Origin: Caulobacter sp.
Lineage (GTDB): Bacteria; Pseudomonadota; Alphaproteobacteria; Caulobacterales; Caulobacteraceae
Direction of reading: 5' to 3'
DNA length: 64,000 bases
Assembly: GCA_030678995.1 (NCBI GenBank)
Contig: JAUXTQ010000007.1
Coordinates: forward strand, 51,368 to 115,367
Part shown: in pieces, positions 58,189 to 64,000 of the stretch
How positions within the stretch are numbered: position 1 is the stretch's first letter
Layout: the number at the start of each line of letters is the position of its first letter
Translations under genes and position numbers: made by a program
Notes under the pieces: generated by a model
Databases searched by the model: none
What the model saw: the letters and a program-made list of their open reading frames with translations, nothing else
Told to the model about the DNA's origin: nothing

Positions 58189-60381
58189 TTGGATCCTCAG
58201 TCAATTCATCGGGGTGCTGGTGAAGTAAGGCCGGCTGCCTCCTCATCTTTCTCTCTGGAAACGTTTTCGCTGGAGGGTCTTGGCCCGGATCTGCCCTTAT
58301 CGGACTCACTCGAAGCCCTCGTGAGGCATGCGGAGCGGATCCATCCTGGGGCCGTGGCGAGTATCATGGTCCTGGATGAGGCAAGGGAGCATCTACTTCT
58401 GGGCGCAGCTCCAAGCTTGCCGGATATCTACAATCAGACGGTCAACGGGTCCGCAATCGGTCCCGATTCCAACCCGTGCGGCACGGCGGCCTGTGGCAAC
58501 TGCCTGGTCGTTGTCGAGGACATTCAGTCTGACCCGCTGTGGGCCAAGTTCAAATCCTTCGCGGTAGAGTTGGGTCTGCGGGCCTGTTGGTCGCAGCCCA
58601 TCCGGGGCCTGGTCGGGCAAGTGCTGGGGGTAATAGCGATCTACCACCGCGAAGCCTGCTCGCCGACAGGGGCGCAGATTCAATCAATTCAGAACCTCTC
58701 GGTCCTGGCGTCAAACATCATCGACAGGCGCGCCGCACAAGCGGCGACGGCCGAGATCGAGCGCCGCCTGTCCGAGGCGTCTTCGCGCCTGAACGAGGTA
58801 GAGGAGCACGCTGAAGACGAGCGGCGTTCGGTTGCGAAAAGAGAAGCGTTCTATCGGACGATCATGGAAATGCTGCCGGCCCTGCTGGTCGTGAAGGAGG
58901 CCGGCACCGGCAAATTTGTCCTCATCAATCGAGCGGCTGAAGCAGCCACGGGCCTGTCGTCGGCTGAGGCCGTGGGGAAGACAGTTCATGAACTGTTTCC
59001 CGCCGAAGAGGCGAAACGATCCTGGGACGAGGATCAGGAGGTCATTCTCACCAAACAGGTGAAAGTCGAGCAGGGCGCGCTGGTCACAACGCGGGACCGG
59101 GGCGAACGGTACTGGACGACCAGGAAGACCGCGACCTTTGAACAGGGTGAGCCAGCCTATATCGTCACCGTCAGTGAGGACGTAACCGAGCAGCACGAGC
59201 TAAATGTTGCGCTTCAGGCCGCCCTCGCTGCCGCCGAGGCCTCCGGGCGTGCAAAGTCGGCATTCCTGGCGAACATGAGCCACGAACTCCGTACGCCCCT
59301 GAATGGAATTGTGGCGGCCTCGGACATTCTGACCCGAAAATGCGATCGGCGCGACCAGCTTGAACTGCTGGATATCATTCGCTCATCCGGCGAAACGTTG
59401 ACGGCTTTGCTGGCGGACTTGTTGGATACGGCCAAGATCGAAGCCGGCGAACTAAAAATAAACAACGAAGCATTTGATTTGCGGGAAATGGTTGAATTCA
59501 ATCACGAAAAATTCAAACTTCAGAACATCAATGCAGACGTAACCTATGAACTCATTGTCGAAGAGAGCCTTGGCGGATTTTATAGCGGAGATCCGCTGCG
59601 AATCCGGCAGGTTCTGGGTAACTTCCTCAGCAACGCCGCCAAGTTCACCTCGGCGGGCAAGATTGTCCTCTCGGTTGAACAAACCTCAAGCGGGCTGATC
59701 CGTTTCTCTGTGTCGGACACGGGAATTGGCTTTCCGCCGGAATCCAAGGACCGGCTGTTTGGCAGGTTCCAACAGGCAGATGAGACGATTACGCGCAAGT
59801 TCGGTGGAACCGGCCTTGGCCTGTCCATCTGCCGCAATCTGGTGGAAATCATGGACGGCACGCTGGACTGCGAGAGCCAACCGGGAGTGGGGTCGACCTT
59901 CTGGTTCGAGCTTCCGCTGGAATCCGTCAGCGCCCCGAGAGACACGACCTCGATTGCCGCGGCCGTCGAATCTTCGGATCGCCCCCTGCGGGTGCTCATT
60001 GCCGATGATCACCCCACGAACCGCAAGGTGGCCGAGTTGATGTTGTCCGGAGTGGCCGAGGTCGTGAGTGTGGTCGATGGACAAGAGGCCGTAGACGCCG
60101 CGTGTGCTTCGCTCTTCGATATCATCCTCATGGACATGCAGATGCCGGTCATGGACGGCCTCACAGCCGTGCAGAGGATCCGTGCGTCGACATCACCCTG
60201 CCGGGACGTTCCGATCGTCATGATGACAGCGAATGCGATGCGGGAACATGTCGAGGCCAGCAGGACCGCGGGCGCTGACGTTCACCTGGCCAAGCCGATC
60301 ACCGCCGAGACCCTGTTTGCCGCGATGAATGAGGCCATGGAAAGAGCCGTTCCTGATCAGCAGAGCGCCCGTCACGCCTAG
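58189..60381 (+). CDS. Hybrid sensor histidine kinase (GAF-PAS-HisKA-HATPase-REC), atypical codon usage
   Basis: ACWSQPI (GAF), FLANMSHELRTPLNG, NAAKFT, DTGIG, GGTGLGL and MDMQMP motifs; TTG start after GGAGA (ORF open from 58135). Confidence 0.88.
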   Translation: MDPQSIHRGAGEVRPAASSSFSLETFSLEGLGPDLPLSDSLEALVRHAERIHPGAVASIMVLDEAREHLLLGAAPSLPDIYNQTVNGSAIGPDSNPCGTAACGNCLVVVEDIQSDPLWAKFKSFAVELGLRACWSQPIRGLVGQVLGVIAIYHREACSPTGAQIQSIQNLSVLASNIIDRRAAQAATAEIERRLSEASSRLNEVEEHAEDERRSVAKREAFYRTIMEMLPALLVVKEAGTGKFVLINRAAEAATGLSSAEAVGKTVHELFPAEEAKRSWDEDQEVILTKQVKVEQGALVTTRDRGERYWTTRKTATFEQGEPAYIVTVSEDVTEQHELNVALQAALAAAEASGRAKSAFLANMSHELRTPLNGIVAASDILTRKCDRRDQLELLDIIRSSGETLTALLADLLDTAKIEAGELKINNEAFDLREMVEFNHEKFKLQNINADVTYELIVEESLGGFYSGDPLRIRQVLGNFLSNAAKFTSAGKIVLSVEQTSSGLIRFSVSDTGIGFPPESKDRLFGRFQQADETITRKFGGTGLGLSICRNLVEIMDGTLDCESQPGVGSTFWFELPLESVSAPRDTTSIAAAVESSDRPLRVLIADDHPTNRKVAELMLSGVAEVVSVVDGQEAVDAACASLFDIILMDMQMPVMDGLTAVQRIRASTSPCRDVPIVMMTANAMREHVEASRTAGADVHLAKPITAETLFAAMNEAMERAVPDQQSARHA

Positions 60382-60492
60382 CCTTCACGCATGCCCATGC
60401 CTTTCACCCGCCGTTCACGCCTTTTGGGCGCATTATTTTGCCTTCGGACCGGCCTTCCTGTATGAGCGCGGTCCCATTTCGAGTTTGAGACC

Positions 60493-61866
60493 ATGACCCA
60501 GCGCTGGACCCCGTCGTCCTGGAGAGCCAAGCCCGCCAAGCACCTGCCGACGGATTATCCGGATACGGCCAAGGTGGAGCGCGTCGAAAACGAGCTGCGC
60601 CGGATGCCGCCGCTGGTGTTCGCCGGCGAGGCGCGGCGTCTGAAGTCGCTGCTGGGCGACGTGGCGGCCGGCAAGGCCTTCCTGCTGCAGGGCGGCGACT
60701 GCGCCGAGAGCTTCAAGGAATTCCACGCTGACAACATCCGCGACACCTTCCGCCTGATCCTGCAGATGGCGGTGGTGCTGACCTTCGCCGGCGGCAAGCC
60801 GGTGGTGAAGGTCGGCCGCATCGCCGGCCAGTTCGCCAAGCCACGGTCCGAGCCGATCGAGACCATCGACGGGGTGACCCTGCCGTCCTATCGCGGCGAC
60901 AACATCAACGGCATGGACTTCACGGCCGAGGAGCGGGCGCCCGATCCGGAGCGGCTGCTGAAGGCCTACGCCCAGTCGTCCTCGACCCTGAACCTGCTGC
61001 GGGCCTTCGCCGGCGGCGGTTACGCCGACCTGCACAACATCCACCGCTGGACCCTGGGCTTTGTCGAGGGCAGCCCGCAGGGCGCGCGCTACCGCGAGCT
61101 CAGCGACAAGATCAGCGAGAGCCTGACCTTCATGGCCGCCATCGGGGTAACCCCGGAGAGCCATCCGGGCCTGCACCAGGTGGAGTTCTTCACCAGCCAC
61201 GAGGCCCTGCTGCTGGGCTTCGAGGAGGCCATGACGCGGATCGATTCCACCTCGGGCGACTGGTACGACACCAGCGCCCACATGCTGTGGATCGGCGAGC
61301 GCACCCGCCAGCTGGACGGCGCCCACATCGAGTTCGCCAAGGGGGTGAAGAACCCCGTCGGCGTGAAGGTCGGCCCGACCATGGAGCCGGATGATCTGCT
61401 GCGGCTGATTGATGTGCTGAACCCGGCCAACGAGCCCGGCCGCCTGACCCTGATCGGCCGCTTCGGCGCCGACAGGATCGCCGAGCGCCTGCCGCGCCTG
61501 ATGGCCGCCACCAAGCGGGCGGGCCGCGCGGTGGTCTGGGCCACCGACCCGATGCACGGCAACACGATGAAGGCGGGCAGCGGCTACAAGACCCGGCCGT
61601 TCGACAAGATCCTCGCCGAGGTGAAGGGCTTCGTCGACGTGGCCGAGGCCGAGGGCGTCCACCCCGGCGGCGTGCACCTGGAAATGACCGGCCAGAACGT
61701 CACCGAATGCACCGGCGGCGCCCGGGCGGTGCTCGAGGGCGACCTCGCCGACCGCTACCACACCCACTGCGACCCGCGCCTCAACGGCGAACAGGCGCTG
61801 GAACTGGCGTTCCTCGTAGCCGAGCGGCTGAAGGCGGCGCGGGAAGGCATGAGGGAAGCGAGCTGA
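60493..61866 (+). CDS. Class II DAHP synthase
   Basis: [36 protein letters not shown] and CDPRLN motifs. Confidence 0.95.
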   Translation: MTQRWTPSSWRAKPAKHLPTDYPDTAKVERVENELRRMPPLVFAGEARRLKSLLGDVAAGKAFLLQGGDCAESFKEFHADNIRDTFRLILQMAVVLTFAGGKPVVKVGRIAGQFAKPRSEPIETIDGVTLPSYRGDNINGMDFTAEERAPDPERLLKAYAQSSSTLNLLRAFAGGGYADLHNIHRWTLGFVEGSPQGARYRELSDKISESLTFMAAIGVTPESHPGLHQVEFFTSHEALLLGFEEAMTRIDSTSGDWYDTSAHMLWIGERTRQLDGAHIEFAKGVKNPVGVKVGPTMEPDDLLRLIDVLNPANEPGRLTLIGRFGADRIAERLPRLMAATKRAGRAVVWATDPMHGNTMKAGSGYKTRPFDKILAEVKGFVDVAEAEGVHPGGVHLEMTGQNVTECTGGARAVLEGDLADRYHTHCDPRLNGEQALELAFLVAERLKAAREGMREAS

Positions 61867-61874
61867 CCAAAGCT

Positions 61875-62039
61875 GCTCCTCCCCACGTCGTGGGGAGGTG
61901 TCCTCTGGAGCGCGCCGCAACCCCGGATTTAATCCGGGGGACAGGCGACGGAGGGGAGTTCGTGCACTGACACCCCTCCGACCTTTCTCACGCTTTCCGC
62001 GCGCTCGAAAGCCCACCTCCCCGCGGAGCGGGGAGGAGC
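61875..62039. repeat. Palindromic repeat family A, copy 6
   Basis: GCTCCTCCCCACGTCGTGGGGAGGTG...CACCTCCCCGCGGAGCGGGGAGGAGC with nested CCCCGGATTTAATCCGGGG. Confidence 0.82.
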
Positions 62040-62047
62040 GACGATAG

Positions 62048-62875
62048 CTAGCCGCGGATAAACACCGCCGCGCGCTCGCCTTCCGGGTCACCCGCCTTGC
62101 CGAAATCGACGTTGATGGTGCGGTGGGTCTCGCCTGGCGCGGCGACCACCTCCGCCTGGCCGCCGGCGGCGCGCAGGGCGTCGGCAAGGCCCTGGGACTG
62201 GCGCTGGGCGTCGGGCCGGCTGGCGACGTGGAAGATCAGGAACGGCGGGTAGGCCTGGCCGGCCTGGACCAGCAGGGTCGGCGACAGCTCGGCGGCCCTC
62301 GTTCCAAAGGCGTTGCGGTACATGCCGGCGAGCATGCCCGGGCCGTCGCCAAGGTAGCGCATCTGGCTCACCGCGTCGTATCCGGCGCCGTCGATGGGGA
62401 TCACCCCGGCGATGTCCGACGGCCTGACCCCGCACTGGCCCAAATACCGCGGATCGACCGCCACCAGCGCGGCCAGATGGGCCCCGGCCGAATGGCCGGC
62501 GACGAAGATCCGCTTCGGATCGCCGCCGTATTTCGCCGCGTTCTCCGTCAGCCAGAAGATCGCCGAAGCGACATCCTGCGCGCAGCCGCCGGCGTCGACC
62601 TCCGGCGCCAGGCGGTAGTTGCAGGCGACCAGCAGCAAGCCGTGGCGTTCGGCGTAGGCGGGCAGGGCGTTGACCCCGCGCTTGTCGCCGATGCTCCAGC
62701 CGCCGCCATGCACGAACAGCAGCACCGGCGCGTCCTTCAGGCCCGGACGGTCATAGACGTCCACCGCCTGGCGGGGGTGGGACCCCAGCGCCAGGGTCGT
62801 GGGGCCGGCGGCGAGGGCCCGGCCCGGGAGCGCCAGGGCGGCGGCGAGGGGAAGCAGGGTGCGGCGGGTCAGCAT
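62048..62875 (-). CDS. Alpha/beta hydrolase (HSL-type esterase), Tat signal
   Basis: TRRTLL; HGGGW, YRLAP and GHSAG motifs. Confidence 0.88.
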   Translation of the reverse strand: MLTRRTLLPLAAALALPGRALAAGPTTLALGSHPRQAVDVYDRPGLKDAPVLLFVHGGGWSIGDKRGVNALPAYAERHGLLLVACNYRLAPEVDAGGCAQDVASAIFWLTENAAKYGGDPKRIFVAGHSAGAHLAALVAVDPRYLGQCGVRPSDIAGVIPIDGAGYDAVSQMRYLGDGPGMLAGMYRNAFGTRAAELSPTLLVQAGQAYPPFLIFHVASRPDAQRQSQGLADALRAAGGQAEVVAAPGETHRTINVDFGKAGDPEGERAAVFIRG

Positions 62876-62896
62876 GCTGCTTTCACGCAGCCAGCC

Positions 62897-64000
62897 TCAG
62901 GCCTCCGTCGCCGCGCGCTTCACGAACGGCTGGCGCTGCCACATCACCAGCGAGCGCCAGACCCATTCGAACGGCCCGTAGTGGAAGGCCGCCAGCCACG
63001 GCCGGCTCCACAGCAGGATGAAGGCCCAGACGCCCAGCACCACGTAGTAGAGCTCGTACCGCTCGAGCTGGCCGTAGAGGCCCAGGCCGAAGCCGCAGAA
63101 GACCAAGGTCGTGATGATCGAGGTCATCAGATAGTTGCTAAAGGCCATCCGCCCGGCCGCTTCCAGCCGGTTGACCAGCACTTTCAGCGCGCCTGCCCGG
63201 ATGATCAGCATCAGCACGCTGGCATGGGCCAGGGCGATGAACGGCCGGGGCCCCGCGGTCAGGGCGAAGAAGGCGTGCTGTTGGACCGGCTCGAAGTCGG
63301 CCCGGACCGTGGACCAGCACAGCCAGACCATGATGGGCGCGCCGATCAGGTAGCCGACGGCGATCATCGCGGCGTAGGCCCGGCTGGACCAGCCGAGGGT
63401 GAAGAAACCCAACCGGAACAGGCCCGCGCCGATCAGCATCTGGCCGACCGCCTCGGGAATGGCGTCCAGCGGCAGGTAGCCGATCTGGACGATCATCGCG
63501 GCGCGGGCGCGGCTCTTCAGGGCGCTGAAGAAGTCGCCCTGCATCCAGGCGATCTCTTCCTTGCCCATGCTGTCGGGCGCGTTGAGGAAGAGCTGCAACT
63601 CCTGCCACTGGGCCGCCTGGGTCGGCGTCGCCACGCCGGTGGCGACGGCCGCCTGCAGCGCCTTGATGTGCTCGGCCTCGACGATGCCCTTGGTCAGGAG
63701 GGCGATCAGGATCAGCGCACCGACGGCGATCAGCGCCTTCGCCGGCAGCTTTCTGAAGAAGAAGGCCACGGCGCCGGCGATGGCGTAGCAGACCAGGATG
63801 TCGCCGAAGAACAGGAAGTAGGCGTGGATCATGCCGATGACGAACAGCCACCAGACTCTCCGGTAGTGGGTCGCGGCCGGCCCGGGCGTGCGCCCCTCCG
63901 CCCGGTCGGCGATCAGCAGCATGCTGGCCCCGAACAGCATGGTGAACAGGGCGCGCATCTTGCCGTCGGTGACGACGAAGTTGACCGCCCAGACCCAGAA
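62897..64000 (-). CDS. DUF418 (YeiB-like) membrane protein, 5' truncated by window edge
   Basis: DGKMRALF.MLFG, GDIL..YA, GRMAFSNYL and GPFEW.WR motifs. Confidence 0.85.
   Translation of the reverse strand, partial: FWVWAVNFVVTDGKMRALFTMLFGASMLLIADRAEGRTPGPAATHYRRVWWLFVIGMIHAYFLFFGDILVCYAIAGAVAFFFRKLPAKALIAVGALILIALLTKGIVEAEHIKALQAAVATGVATPTQAAQWQELQLFLNAPDSMGKEEIAWMQGDFFSALKSRARAAMIVQIGYLPLDAIPEAVGQMLIGAGLFRLGFFTLGWSSRAYAAMIAVGYLIGAPIMVWLCWSTVRADFEPVQQHAFFALTAGPRPFIALAHASVLMLIIRAGALKVLVNRLEAAGRMAFSNYLMTSIITTLVFCGFGLGLYGQLERYELYYVVLGVWAFILLWSRPWLAAFHYGPFEWVWRSLVMWQRQPFVKRAATEA

Overview
High-GC alphaproteobacterial chromosomal segment. Gene content and order (shpA-like Hpt gene, cysG-DUF2849-cysI-DUF934-cysH, class II DAHP synthase) suggest Caulobacteraceae, possibly Phenylobacterium-like; this is inference. 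It is mostly housekeeping and metabolic: S46 and S9 peptidases, NupC, GSTs, Leu/Phe/Val dehydrogenase, an Ntn acylase, GTP-type PEP carboxykinase, opgH/opgC, a BVMO, sulfate assimilation genes, folD, an Mla/MCE transporter, glmU, rpiA, gor and two tRNAs. Accessory content includes a zeaxanthin-type crt cluster with an embedded ABC-2 exporter, three toxin-antitoxin loci, a Cys-rich repeat protein and a hybrid kinase. I saw no CRISPR array, integrase or transposase. The strongest unexplained signals are: (1) a ~300-365 nt, apparently independently transcribed, highly structured non-coding region at 19308-19673; (2) an ABC exporter translationally coupled inside the carotenoid operon; (3) several families of palindromic MITE/REP-like repeats, two copies of which are read in frame inside ORFs and one of which is split by a low-GC cargo gene. 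All calls come from motif recognition by eye; no database searches were run.
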